Source: Lytechinus pictus
Taxonomy: Eukaryota
NCBI RefSeq assembly: GCF_037042905.1
Contig: NC_087245.1
Coordinates: forward strand, 18,168,001 to 18,232,000
Reading direction: 5' to 3'
Length of the DNA: 64,000 nucleotides
The translations under genes and the position numbers were made by a program. A model generated the notes under the pieces. That model had not been told where the DNA came from and did no database searches. It was given only the letters and a program-made list of their open reading frames with translations. Each line of letters starts with the position of its first letter. The first letter of the stretch is position 1. Shown here piece by piece: positions 49,716 through 62,671 of this stretch.

Positions 49716-50372
49716 AAAGTTTATACACACTTTTACCAAATCTTTGCAATATTCTCTCATAAAAGTATGCCTATTAAAATGTTTTTTCTTCCAATTACCA
49801 AAATGGCTATTTGTGGATTAAATTCACAATCCAGATTAGATTAATTACTAGTATCTTCTTACAATTTATAATTGAACACAAATGAAAAATTCTAGTTTTA
49901 TTTATTTGCTTTCAATGATAGTGCAACATCAAACATAATTCTTATTACTTTAATTTTGTAGAAAATGGGGAACAACTAAAAAAATAGCCAAACAAAGAAA
50001 GGTAAAATTTTCCATGAAAAATATGATTCTTTTGGTACAACCATAATGCAACCATAAACCCCAATTCATTTTAAGTTTAAAGCCTTTCTGTTGGCCGCTC
50101 TTTGAATTATCTTCTTGGTTTCAATCCAATTTCCTAAAATGTATATCCTTACCACATTTATGTGAAAGCTTTTTATAATTTGATTATATGACATCTTCAG
50201 TATTCATTTCCTTGACTCAATCTTTCAAGCATTTTCTCCTCCTTTTTCATTTCCATTTCCACTTCCATTCTGTTGTAAATCATCAGAATATTTAAAATTG
50301 TAATTATACAAACTTAAAAAATACCTGATTAGTAAGATTGAATGCGATGTTTCTAAATTTTCATAGTTGTAT

Positions 50373-50750
50373 GGAAATGCTGTGGTGTAGCGGTTTTGTC
50401 TCTTGCCTTGCAATCAGAGGGTTATGTGTTTGAATCCCACCGTGGCCTAGCATCCTTTGACAAGGCATCAATCCACAATTTGCCGCTCTCCACCCAGGTC
50501 CAGAAGTGCTAAATGGGTACCTGGGAGGCTGCAAAAGCCTATGTAGTATGCCTAGCAATTGAGTCTTGGAACTCTTGCTGGAATGATCCCCAGGGAATGG
50601 AGAAAGTGCATACATTGTGTGCGGGCATGCCAGGATCCGATAACTTGGAGAATAATAAGTAGGCCTACATGTATGATGTTAAGTGCGTAGAAACAAAATT
50701 TGTTAAGCACTATATAAATGTTACAATTATTATTTTATTTATTATTATGT
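50373..50750 (+). mobile_element. tRNA-derived SINE (copy of 47766 family)
   Basis: Colinear similarity incl. A/B boxes and AT-rich tail. Confidence 0.82.
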
Positions 50751-53220
50751 TGAATCAGTTATTTTTATACCCATAATCTACAAACACAATGTTGGCTCTT
50801 ATTGTGCAATCCTTTTTCATTCAATTGGTCTTATTTGCATATATATATTAGTCCATATACCACATTTATTTTCATTACAAGCATGGTACCTGTGCATGTT
50901 TACATTTGAAACAACATTTTGACCTACACATGATCAAGTCATTAATTGTTAATATATTACTTACTTAGTCTATAATTTTCTGAAATCATGCTATTTGTTT
51001 GGCTCAGAACAATTTGTAGTACAAATTGTAAAATACCCTTAAGAAAAGACGTTTTTCCTATAGCTCTTGTCTGAGTGCAACATAAAAGATGAAAACAATT
51101 CCTAATCAGTGAAGAATGCGGCAAAACTATCAAATGGTAAAAAATTAATCAAGAGTCATATTTGGCTATCAAAAGATAATGATCAGTCTTTTGTGTAGTT
51201 CCAGATATTTTCAATGAAACTTGCATTGTTTGTTACATTTTTCCATCAAATGTCTGGGGGGTTTTTTTACTACATTTTTAAAATTTTACTTTACATTGAT
51301 TGAAACTGAATGCATATAAAGCATACAGTCTGCTCTAAATTGCTATGACAAGACAAATTCAATTTCATATCTTGTAAGAGCCAAGATATCAATTTTGTGA
51401 GGATAGATACAAGTACTTACATTTGCTTATTACCAACCATTTACTGAGTAATTGATTATTATTTACTTAACTCAGGTTATAAACTTTCTATTGTTTTCTT
51501 TGAAGTATTTTATATTATAAGTATCGAAAAGCATTGGTGCTTCAAATTGTATTGTTTTAGAGGCTGATTCAAAGTCACTTATCAAGATAACTAGGAATAG
51601 GATCGATGCATATCCTAAAAAACTCTACCTACAGTAAGTATCCTGTTGGGGAAAATATGTATTAGATAAGGATGTGCATGCATGTACATGTATATCTTAA
51701 TGAAGTATTGATAATGGGGTAATGTACCTACCCTTATACAATATGATCACATGACTTATGATATAATGACATCATTGAGTTTGGATGATTGATGAGTGAT
51801 TATGCAAATTACTGCTGAAGAAACTCTTAAAATGATGTGAATGGCAAGTGAGTTGTATTTTATTGTTTTGTAAGTTGCACTCATTATAGGACGTGTGTTT
51901 TAGTCTTGTAATTCAGACTGTACCAAAGATGAACAAAAGACCCTGGCTTGAACTGGAATGTAATATAACATTTATATAATCAACCACTGACTTAGGCATC
52001 TGGGTGTCATAGTTTTCATATTTTATTGCCCTTTCATCGACGAGCAAGCAAAATTTGGGTCCTTTTAAAATGGAAATCATGCTTGTGATAGTGAGTTTGA
52101 TTTTTCTTGTAGAATTAACATGAGAATGGATTAAATCACCAAGCACAATCGAGTATGCAATGCAAGTTTATTGTGATGTCGTGCCAGCCGTTGCTGGAGC
52201 AGCATATGATCAACCACAAGATCATTTACATTGAATGAAAATCTTGAGGATATGGTCAGTCATTGTAATAATAAATTCAACACCTTAGTAGAAACAGGTA
52301 TACACTTTCTCATGATGTGACATCCCATCTCAGATCATATTTGAAAAAAAAAAGTTGCGCAGTCAAAATAGGTTTATTACTTCAAGAGCAAGTGGAGAAT
52401 ATGGAATACAACAAACGTTTTGTGCTTTATGTTGGTAATAATGCTAGTATGGATTATCCTAATGAAATTTAAGCTTCTTCCATATTCAAGACGTTTCCAC
52501 TAGAATTCTTCATCTAGAATGATAATCTGCAATAATGTTTGCTCTAGATGTCTAGGGTTTGTTGATATATTGAAGTGGACTGACATTTTTTTTTTTTTTG
52601 GGGGGGGGGGGTAACAAATTAATAACCCTCATGGGATCATGAAAACTTGTTCATATAAAAACTGTAGTATCCTTCTAAATACCAGTGCATATTGATTTAT
52701 CTCATAAGATTGCTCTGATTGCTCTTGATTTGAAGTTTAGGTTTGACATAGAAAAAAAAAAAAAAACAAGTTCACTGCATTTCCTGTCTAATTTCCTGTG
52801 CTTTTGCAGAAATTAGTAGATTTTAAGCATATTAGTTTTATCAGTTGGTACCACAAGGGTAATATACCTGTGTAGCTTATACAATGAGCCTGATGAACTG
52901 TTATTTATTAATGGTGTAATTTCTTTTATTAAGACTGCAATGATATGTGTAATTGTAACTTTTGTAAGCTGAATTGTAATGTGCAATTTTGAGCCATATG
53001 TTGTATGAATCGTATTTCATTCATTTTTTTTTTCTTATAGTTATTGACAGGTATGGTTGATCATTCTCTTTCACTTACTTTTAAAGGAAGTTGTGATTTT
53101 CCAAAAAAAAAAATTAAATGTTTAAGTTTTAAATGACATATTGTTTGAAATCTAGGAAAGTAAGACTAATGACATTGTGGTATGTGATACTGCTTTGAAA
53201 GCATTCTTTTCTATGTCAGA

Positions 53221-53440
53221 CAGTGGTGCTCAAAGTTAGTGAACCCCACCAAAATGAACATGTTTTAGAGTGTTCAAATTCTGCCATGTTTTAGATATTT
53301 AATTATGATGTCAGGTGATACATTCAATAAAGTTTGTTTCTTTCTGGGCTTACTTAACACTGTAACTGTTTTGTACATTCAACACTTGATATGAAAGAGT
53401 GCAGTTTGTGGTGAGGTTCACTAACTTTTGAGCACAACTG
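53221..53440. mobile_element. Tc1-like MITE
   Basis: CAGTGGTGCTCAAAGTTAGTGAACC / GGTTCACTAACTTTTGAGCACAACTG. Confidence 0.75.
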
Positions 53441-53444
53441 TATA

Positions 53445-53682
53445 CACTGCAAAAACACCGGTGTTGATTTAACACCAGCCCGGAATCTATATATGTCCAC
53501 ACCAGAGAAGTGTTAAACTACACCAGTTTCATTTCGGTCTAACACGAGATAGGTGTTTATACAACACCAATTAGAATTAAAACAGCATGGATTTGATTCC
53601 AAACTGGTGTTGTTTCAATACTTCTCTGTTGTGGACATAGATTCCCGGCTGGTGTTAAATCAACACCGGAGTTTTTGCAGTG
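53445..53682. mobile_element. CACTG...CAGTG (EnSpm/CACTA-like) palindromic MITE
   Basis: CACTGCAAAAAC.CCGGTGTTGATT / AATCAACACCGG.GTTTTTGCAGTG; TA duplicated. Confidence 0.85.
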
Positions 53683-54317
53683 TATGGTGTCTCCTCAAGT
53701 TTACCTCTTTATGCCAACCTTTGAAATTGTCACCTCAATTTCTCAGGTTATATAATTCTTTCATTATTGTTTCTTAGTTATTCACTGAATCAGAAAACGA
53801 AAATATTTGAAGTGCTCAAGTTTTGCCATGTTTAAGATATTTGATTGTGAAATCAGTTGATAAAACATTTTTTTATTCAATAAAGTTTGTTTTTCTGGGC
53901 TTACTTAACACTGTTGTAGTGTTGTTGTGTACATTCAACACTTGATATGAAGGAGCACATTTTGTGGTGAGGTTCACTAACTTTTGAGCACAACTGTATA
54001 TGGTCTCTCCTCAAATTTACCTTTTTATACCAACCTTTGAAATTGTCATCTCAATTTCTCAGGTTGTATTTAATCCTTTCATTAGTGTTTCTTAGTTATT
54101 CACTGAATCATGAACAGGTACTTGGTGTATTTTCAATCCCAGCAGCAATTTTGATAGGGAAACGTAAGCATATCACCCAAATAGTTTCCACTATTAATTC
54201 AGAGTGGCATAACTGTTAAATGAAAAGGGTTTGAACAAAATAGTAATTCTCATGCTTATATCAGAAATATGATAGTGCCAAACAGTAATTACTTGTGGAT
54301 ATATATCTCATTTTGTG

Positions 54318-54690
54318 GAAGTGTTGTGGTGAAGTGGTTCTGTCACCAGGCTCTTAGACCAAGGGTCAAGTGTTTGAATCCCACCTAGTGCTAATGTCCT
54401 TTGGCAAGGCACTTATTCATGTTTTTATTTTAACTCTCCACTTGGGTGTCAAATTGGTACGTGGTAGGATGTCAGTGTGATTAGATTGGCATGTGTGCAC
54501 CAACAAAATTTAAAAAATGGTTGCTTGGCCAGGATACTCCCCATGGAGTGGAGATGTTACACTTTTTGTGTAGAACAGTGTTGGATTCTATCACTGGGGT
54601 AATAATAATTACAATGTAAAGCATTTAGAAACATGGCACTTCAAACAAAGTATGAAGCGCTATATGAATGTAACAATTGTTTATTATATT
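54318..54690 (+). mobile_element. Diverged tRNA-derived SINE
   Basis: TGTGGTGAAGTGG ... TTTGAATCCCACC ... CCTTTGGCAAGGCA, same layout as 47766 copy. Confidence 0.7.
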
Positions 54691-55609
54691 CACTCAATCA
54701 AAAGATGTGTCTTCAAAGTGTATTAAATCACTTCATGCACAATTTTACTGCTCAGTCAAAAATCCCAAACTCTTGCCTCGCTACCAAATAGCACAGTTCT
54801 GAATAACAAATGAAAATATGTCATGGAACAATGGAGTCTTATGCAAGATGCATAAACACAGCATAACTTTTGAGATAAAATGTTTTTAAAGGTTGCGTTC
54901 TTCCATATCATGATCTTACTCAAAGTATTATTTGTGCTATTTGATATTGGATCTTGTAGTTAAGCTTTGTTTTGAAAATCTGTTATAATTTTAGTATCTA
55001 CTGTATTATTTTATTGCTACTCTTACAATTTGGTAAATCTATCTATCTATAATATATATATATATATATGTATCATGGTATGATAAGGTGTGACATATGA
55101 TACTGATATGTATATAAATACGACTGTATGTTAATTATGATAAGAATCTCATTATGACTGAAGAAATATATATTGTAAATAAAATGCATATGATACAAAC
55201 TCGACTTTCATCTCTTTCTGTCAAGAATTTCTTTTTTGTATTTAATAATATGATTTTCCTTCTGAGCAGAGTAGAAAAATGAAAAAAATTGTGTATGTTT
55301 CTGTTGGAGAGGAGAGAATGCAATATGTGTAGAGTGAAACGGGGTGTTATGAAATGTTTTATGGGGGACATAGATGATGAGAGATGCCATTTACATAAAA
55401 AAATATATACAATTGAGAAATAATTATATTTGAAAATTGCGTTCATAAAAAAAACTTGGAATGAGGGTGAGAGAATAAAAAATGGGGAAATCGACTGCTA
55501 ATATCATGCAAAAAGTACATGAGGCATGCATTTTAACTTATTTCCCACTGGAACCCGCTGGTCCCTGTACAAAGCCTATTGGAATTACAGAATTCAGTAG
55601 TCAGCTTAA

Positions 55610-56184
55610 AGGGATGGTCCGGGCTGGAAGTATTTATAGCTTAATAAATAGAGTATAATTCACTGAGCAAAATACAGAGAATTTCATCAAAATCGGATAA
55701 CAAATAACAAAATTATTGAATTTTAAAGTAATATTTTGTGAAAACAGTCGTCATGAATATTCATTAGATGGGCTGATGATGTCACATCCCCACTTGTTCT
55801 TTTGTATTTTATTATATGAAATTAGGTTTATTCAATTTTTTTCCTCCAAGAACTAGAAAAATTGGATGGACAACTGATTTAGTGCATTATATATTTATTG
55901 CTGCAACTTATTTCATTATAAGGTAGACATATTATTCACACAAGTATGAAATAATGGAAAAATATGATTTTATGTAATAACATAAGAAAACGGAAAGTGG
56001 AGATGTGACATCATCAGCCCACCTAATGAATATTCATGACGACTGTTTTCACAAAATATTGCTAAACTTTAAACTTAATAACTTTGTTATTTGTTATCCG
56101 ATTTTGATGAAATTTTCGGCATTTTGCTCAGTAAATTCTACTCTATGTATTAAGATATAAATATTTTCAGCCCGGACCATCCCT
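55610..56184. mobile_element. Fold-back TTAA-target MITE, related subfamily
   Basis: TTAA-AGGGATGGTCCGGGCTG ... CAGCCCGGACCATCCCT-TTAA. Confidence 0.88.
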
Positions 56185-56465
56185 TTAAGACGGACAGCGC
56201 ACACTTATTTTTAAGAGGGAAAGTGGTTGCAATGAAATAAAGTGTTAATGAATGTGTGTGTGTGTGGGGGGGGGTCACAATACAGTACACTGTGAAAAAG
56301 TGTGTGCGTTGGTGGAAGGGGAAGTGTGTATTGTGTAGGTCTATGTATTTGTGTAGAGGTGATGTGACCAACCTGACTAACGCCAATGGTGCTGAAAGTC
56401 CGGGGTTTGATCCTCGAAATTTCACCATTTCATCTACGTTTTTATTTTATTTACAAAATCTTTTT

Positions 56466-56504
56466 GCCTCCGACGAAGATTCTGCTAGGATCGAAAGCTT
56501 AGGC
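56466..56504 (+). ncRNA. Candidate minimal type I hammerhead ribozyme (Penelope-like element end)
   Basis: GCCT-CCGACGA-A-GATTCT-GCT-AGGATC-GAAA-GC-TT-AGGC: stem I GCCT/AGGC, core with U4>C, stem II, GAAA, palindromic AGCT stem III. Confidence 0.55.
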
Positions 56505-57226
56505 CCCTCTTTGACTTTATAAAATATCAAACCTGATAGATTACTTATACCAACATTTGCATTTATTTTTGATATTTTAAACCATATTAGGGTGTGAGTT
56601 TGGATGTGTGCATATCAGTATACTTTTGTTTTTCCAGTTGCAAGCTTTACCATTCTGTCCAACCTCTTAGTAATGCAAATATGTATCATGTGTTAGCTAG
56701 GCAATGCATGTTGGATATTCTGTATCCATATTTTTCTATGCGATGTTATTGCTTTTGTAAGAGCGATACTTTGGAGATGTGTTGTTATAGAATTAGTATC
56801 AGTAGCAGTCATTACATTAGAACCAAGTATGATAGGAATAGTATAGGTAGTACTATTTCCATATTTGACCTGGAAGAAGTTTAAGCAGCCTTAATAACTA
56901 TTGTCACTCATAATAAAAGAACTTTACGAGTTTTGATTCTATGCTACAATGTTTATCACTGTAATACGGATATGTTTATTGTTTTTTACTTTCAACAAAT
57001 GAATGAACGAAATAACATCGTTCTTACAATTTCACAGATAGATATTCGATAAGAGTACAAGTTGGACAGGCTAGCAAAACCCCAACAAATCAAATAGTAA
57101 AATAAGATGCTTGGTAATCATGAAACACGATGAGTTATATAAAATATTGTAACAATTATGATGTATTATAGCAAATAGATTAAGGACTTATGTTTACCAG
57201 AATATTATGAAGAGTATGTTTGCCAA

Positions 57227-57436
57227 AGGGGTTAGATCCACTTCAAACCATTTTCGAGAAAATCATTTTTTTATTCTCCCACATTGCAATATTCTTTTGC
57301 GAAACTAAATTTTTACGATATACTACCCTACCAACTGACCAAGTGAACATAAAATTGGGTCTAAAAAGAAATCTACCTGTCTTCATATTTTTCAAATATT
57401 TTTTTTCAAAAAAGTACCATAGTGGATCTAGCCCCT
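57227..57436. mobile_element. Short MITE
   Basis: AGGGGTTAGATCCACT / AGTGGATCTAGCCCCT. Confidence 0.7.
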
Positions 57437-58301
57437 ATTGCAAAATAGATCTGAAATAGATCCAACTCCTTCTGAATAAAAAAGTGGATTTTCTTTGCCA
57501 TTTTTATTTTTGTTTTAATGGGAGTTTTATTTTTTCTTTGGTATCATCAGAGTGACTAAAAATCTATACATTGAGACCAAGAAAAAAACCAAATCGATGA
57601 AAAATGTCTAACCCTTTTGCAATTGAGCTCTTCATATTACCTATAAAAAAAACTCTGAAACAACAGACTAATGACAAAATCATTGAGCGTAATAACATTG
57701 ATTGACATATCTATTTGTCGAAGCATTAGCCGATGTTGTAACGAAAACTACGATCAATATGTCATTGACTGTCTTTGTGTATACTATATAGAGGTAAATA
57801 TATCTAATACTCCGTTCAATCTTTTGCATCCATTTTTATTCAATGATAATGAGCTCGGGTGGCGCCACCCAGTGATTAGATTGACTTAGTAAAAACGTTC
57901 GTCTATAAAATAGCCACTATGGTGCTGTTAAAAATGGCAGGGTCATGTATGGTAATGTATATTAATTTTGTTTGACCGACGTAACATTTTTCTATAAATA
58001 TTAACCTTGAACAACGCTGAGCCTTTGTGGTATGCATGATGAGGTGTACAATACGATTCATGAAATGTCAGACGGCAGATTGAAATGAAGGACCGTTTAA
58101 TTACTTTTCACTGAATGTCCGGTTGCATCCACTATTACGTGTGTTTTTTGGTTGATGCTTTTCAATCTGCGAAAGTTAACGTTAAAAACAATCGGCCTAT
58201 ACTATGATATACATGTGAAGTACACAGCAGGGAGTCATAGAAAAATAGCAGACTTGCCAATTTGTTGTAGGTTGCATTCAGATTCCACCCTTTCCTTACA
58301 G

Positions 58302-58998
58302 CTTTTGTACTGTAAGCATGGAAACATTTGACATTATAACACTGATAGGAGCTATTCTGTCGACTGTCTGTTGCATTGGAACAGTCACAACGTATTCCAG
58401 TTTTGGGGATTTGCGGAATATCTCCGGGTTATGTCTTATCAACGTTTCGCTGGCACTGTTAACTCTAGCTATCATTTTCACTGCCACCTATTTTCTTGTG
58501 ATCAGTGGAACATCATGTGTTACCATTGCAATCCTCCAACAGATTTGCTGGCTCGGCTCCTTCACTTGGATGTCACTTCAGGCCGTCCACATGGTCCGCA
58601 CGTTTGTCCTCACCAATTGGCAAATGCCTTTGGGACATCCGCAGAACCGGCAGCAATGGATCAAGATCAGCATGGCACACGCCCTCATGGGCTGGGGCCT
58701 TCCAATGATCTATTCAGTGGTTCTTTTGTATTTTCATTTATGTCGCGATTGCTTGCCGGGTGGAGTCGAGTTTCGGTTAGGAAAAGACTCGAATTCTACC
58801 ATAAAATACTGTTGGCCGGGAAGCACATATCTTGGAAACCACCTCACAATCGATCCGATGCTCGTTCTTCTTGCTTTCAACATTGTGGCCCTCCTCATTG
58901 TCATGATAGCAATTATCAAAAAACGAATGATGACGAGAAAGGTAGCCGGACGGGATCTTAAAAAAGAGATTGCTGTAAATCTTCTTATCTTGGCTAAG
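58302..58998 (+). CDS. Family-B / adhesion (secretin-like, 7tm_2) GPCR exon encoding TM1-TM5 and the start of TM6
   Basis: Five hydrophobic helices with class-B signatures (LRNISGLCLINVSLAL, C..IA...WL.SFTWM, GWGLP, CW, FNIV); CAG acceptor at 58299-58301, AAG|GTAAAT donor at 58999. Confidence 0.85.
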
Positions 58999-59683
58999 GT
59001 AAATCAGTAGCTGAATCGAAAGGATAATATCCCCTTTCAAAGTAAAGTGTATTGACTAGAACTCCCCTATTCTATGAAATATCATTTTTATAACATGAAA
59101 TTACCTAATTTGTATTACCTCCACTTTATTATCTGGATTAACAGTCACTAGGTGCTTCTACTTTATCATAAATCCAGCATTTGTCCTCAATTTGTGGGAA
59201 GTCACAACTTATAAACCATTGTCATTAATGGAAAAGCTTCAACTAATCATTTTTCATAATTTTTTTGCAATAATATTGAGTTAGCCTTTTAAGTTAGGTA
59301 ATTGATAAAGAAATAATGAAAGGCAAGAATATGTAAAATATAGCATCATAGGAATAGGGTGAGGTCCTGAAAACAAATGCCAACCAGACAAAGATGAAAT
59401 GGGATGACTGCTCGAAAGAGGTATTGAGGTGAGGAAAGGCGTTCCGGTGCGGCAATTAGACTATCTGCCACGGTGTCACTTTTTACTCTTCCTTTCCCAC
59501 TCAAGACGTAAGCTTATTGTTGAGGACTAGATGAACAGGACATATCTTATACGATATAATATCTGAAACGTTTGCTCCTGTAGCATTACATGTATTCATA
59601 ACTCCATTCAACATGCTCAATACGATCACAGCGATGATATGATTTTTTTTTCATTTTGCTTCTTTCGCCTTTCGATTTAATAG

Positions 59684-59722
59684 CTTTCCATCTCCCTAGG
59701 AGCCACGTGGTTGCCTGTCTAG
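59684..59722 (+). CDS. Next GPCR exon (TM6: LSISLGATWLPV*), ending in an in-frame TAG
   Basis: Polypyrimidine TAG acceptor in phase 0; K|LSISLGATWL fits the class-B TM6 L.G.TW motif. Confidence 0.6.
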   Translation, partial: LSISLGATWLPV

Positions 59723-60747
59723 TCTAGTTCTAGACGATTTTAAACGAATCTATTTGCACCACGATATAATACGTTCTATTCCGTGCGTACGCCAAGCCGA
59801 GTGTGCGCGCAAAACCGAGAACCTGTACTCCGAGGAAAAATCGTCTAGACCAGTTGCTCTGCGGTGACGTCACTCCCTCAGATTTTTGAGGGAAAGTCGT
59901 TAAAAGTGGACACGCCTCCCGTTCAGCCGCTAGTCTTTGTTAACAGCAGGGAAGATTACTCGGTTGAGAAATATGGTGTGATCTACCGATAAAATTAATA
60001 TCAATTACCTAAGAAAGGACTTTTTGTTATAAATAATTGATAAAAGAAATCAAATTAAACACACAAAAACATCAGAAATGAATCGTATCGTGTATGTTTC
60101 CCCTGATACCTACAATAGGGTTTATAAGCGTAGACTATCGTATATGGATTACAGAATCAATCGGATCGCACAAAGCAGCACAACATAAGCCATAGATTTG
60201 TGTACTGTATCGTGCTGTTGTATCAGGGAGACTCCCTGGTTGTATTGTGTATTGTATACTGCGCGCGGTTTCCAAATTCAGTTTCTTGCTTGTTTACCAA
60301 ATCAGCTAGTGTGCATATACAGGTCTTGATCACTTATCTTCGTTTTTTTTATATGGTGTGATGGCGACGGAAAATGAACGCATAACAGAGATTCCATCCT
60401 GCATAGGCCTATGTCCAAACAGTTGGGAACAACGACTTTGAAGATCCAACAGAACAAAGTTTTCTCGAATTAAAAAGTTTCCTCCGAGGCCACGATGTCT
60501 TCTTGAGTGTTCCTACTGGGAGGGTAGCAACTTTTTATCCTTCAAAATTGACCATCCCCCTTGATTTGGGTTAATTATGTAAGCTCTTCATGATGCCAGT
60601 TTAATTGAAGTCACATGGCCCCAAGTTTCTATAAAAAAACAAGAAATTCTATATTTCCACATGTAAAATGACAATGACAATTTTACTCATTTCCTCATAA
60701 ACTTGTTCCACAGAGTTGCTTCCTTTGTTCACATGGCAGTAATATGG

Positions 60748-61331
60748 CAAAGAAAAAATTGATTTTAATAAATAGAGAAAAATCAAACATGAATAATGCT
60801 GAAAATTTCATCAAAATCGGACGTAAAATAGGAAAGTTATGACATTTTAAAGTTTTGCTTATTTTTCACAAAACAGTTCTATACTCAACTCAGTGATTTG
60901 CAAATGAGAGAGTCGATGATGTCACTCACTCACTATTTCTTGTGTTTTTTATTGTTTGAATAATACAATATTTCAATTTTTACGAATTCGACAATTAGTA
61001 CCCCTTTGCTCGAACCACAAAATGTGAGAATAATGGAATTACATGTGTTCAGGGAGGAATGAAACTTTGTTTCACAGACAATGACGAGAAAATCAAAATA
61101 TTTCATATTTCATAAAATAAAATACAAAAGAAATAGTGAGTGAATGATGTCATCGGTCCCTTCATTTGCATACTGACTAAGATGTGCATATAACTGTTTT
61201 GAAAAATTAAGCGAAAATTAAAAATGTTATAACTTTCTTATTTTACATCCGATTTTGATGAAATTTTCAGAGTTATGTTTGTTTGATTTTTCTTTATTCA
61301 AGTCAGCTTTTTGTTGAGGTGGACTTGTCCT
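60748..61331. mobile_element. Fold-back TTAA-target MITE, left end truncated
   Basis: Body matches 30994/48578 family; right end GTGGACTTGTCCT-TTAA intact. Confidence 0.8.
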
Positions 61332-61590
61332 TTAACTGGCAAGTTTGATCTGAAATGTACAGTTTTTTCATAGTATGGCTGACCAAACAATAATTGCCAT
61401 TTGCAGTAGAACAAGAATACAGTAATTGTCTCCATTTTGCATATGTTGAAGTGGACTGAGTAAACTCTCTCTGGAACAAAAAAAATCATAAAGAACCATG
61501 ACCTGAATGCGGTAAAACAAAACTCGAAACAAGTCGGTCATATTTGTACGTACAGTATATCACTTTAATCACTTTAATCTCGGTCAGTTT

Positions 61591-62670
61591 ATGTATAACT
61601 ATAACAACAACAACCTCCCAAATGTATTTAATTCAATGTTTCCAAAAAATCAATCCATTCACAACTATCCAACAAGGCGATTGGGTGAATTTCATTTACC
61701 ACTTTTAAGAACGTTGCGGGCTCAGAACACATTTATATATGATGGACCGAAGTTATGGAACTCACTTCATAATGATATAACAAATGCAAAATCTTTGAAC
61801 TCTTTTAAGACTAAATTCAAATTATCTCTATTAAAACCTTATAATATACTCCCAAATTAAGTTTAATTCATCATCTCTGTCAAGTCATCATTATTACTTT
61901 AAACTACAATTAAAACATAAAATAATTATTATCCTTTTTTTATTAAAAAAAAAAAATCTGACACAAGTCCTTCTCAGATGTGCTCATTATTGTGTATATC
62001 CTCTCCTCTATTTTCTCATCTCCTGTCCGCTTATCCGCCTTCCTACCGGTTATTTGTTTACGGCATCAATCATATTTTTTGTGCATTATATTCTTTCCAG
62101 GTTATTTTATATATTTTTTCTCCTTTTATACACATCATTGAATCCAGTTTGCTTGAGGCATGTGTTCTATCTACGTACAGCAGCACCCATCCATCTTCTC
62201 AGGGCATTCTCCCCTTTTTTCTTCTCTTTTTCGGGGGGGGGGGGGGTGGGGAAGGGTAGATATTGAGGACGGGTTGTTTTGTCCTTTATCAAACTATATA
62301 TTTTTGATAACTTTGTATTTATTTTGTGAGTGTTTCCCTCTCATTTATTCATTTTTTCTCATTTGATTATCTGTATTTATACGTTGTTATTTTGTTATTT
62401 GTTGTGTTATCTATTTCTTGAGGGGCCCACATTGTACAAGCATTGCTTTTTAGTGGGTCCCTCCATTTCCATCTTAATTTAATTTCTATTGAAAAATAGT
62501 ATACATATTTAAAACCTTCAATGTGTTGCCCAAATTGTCTAAGTGTTTTTTTCACAACAGATGTATCATTAATTTTGTTTACAACGGATACAAAAATTTA
62601 TGTTTATATATGGTACACAATTTGTTTTTGTTTGATGGAAGTAAAATAAATAAATTTGAATTGAATTGAA
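61591..62670 (+). mobile_element. 5'-truncated LINE (CR1/L2/Crack-like): end of ORF2, 3' UTR and tail
   Basis: ORF 61591..61860 HNYPTR...LPLLRT...FIYDGPKLWNSL...SLNSFKTKFK resembles the ORF2 C-terminus of these clades; 3' UTR hairpin 62420..62463; AATAAA plus (TTGAA)3 tail. Confidence 0.8.
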
Positions 62671-62671
62671 A

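Noticed and set aside
58371..58961. 196-aa overlapping ORF
   Set aside because: Alternate frame of the GPCR exon with no recognisable features.
62195..62235. SQGILPFFLLFF as GPCR TM7
   Set aside because: Lies in the pyrimidine-rich LINE 3' UTR and runs into poly-G; likely coincidence.
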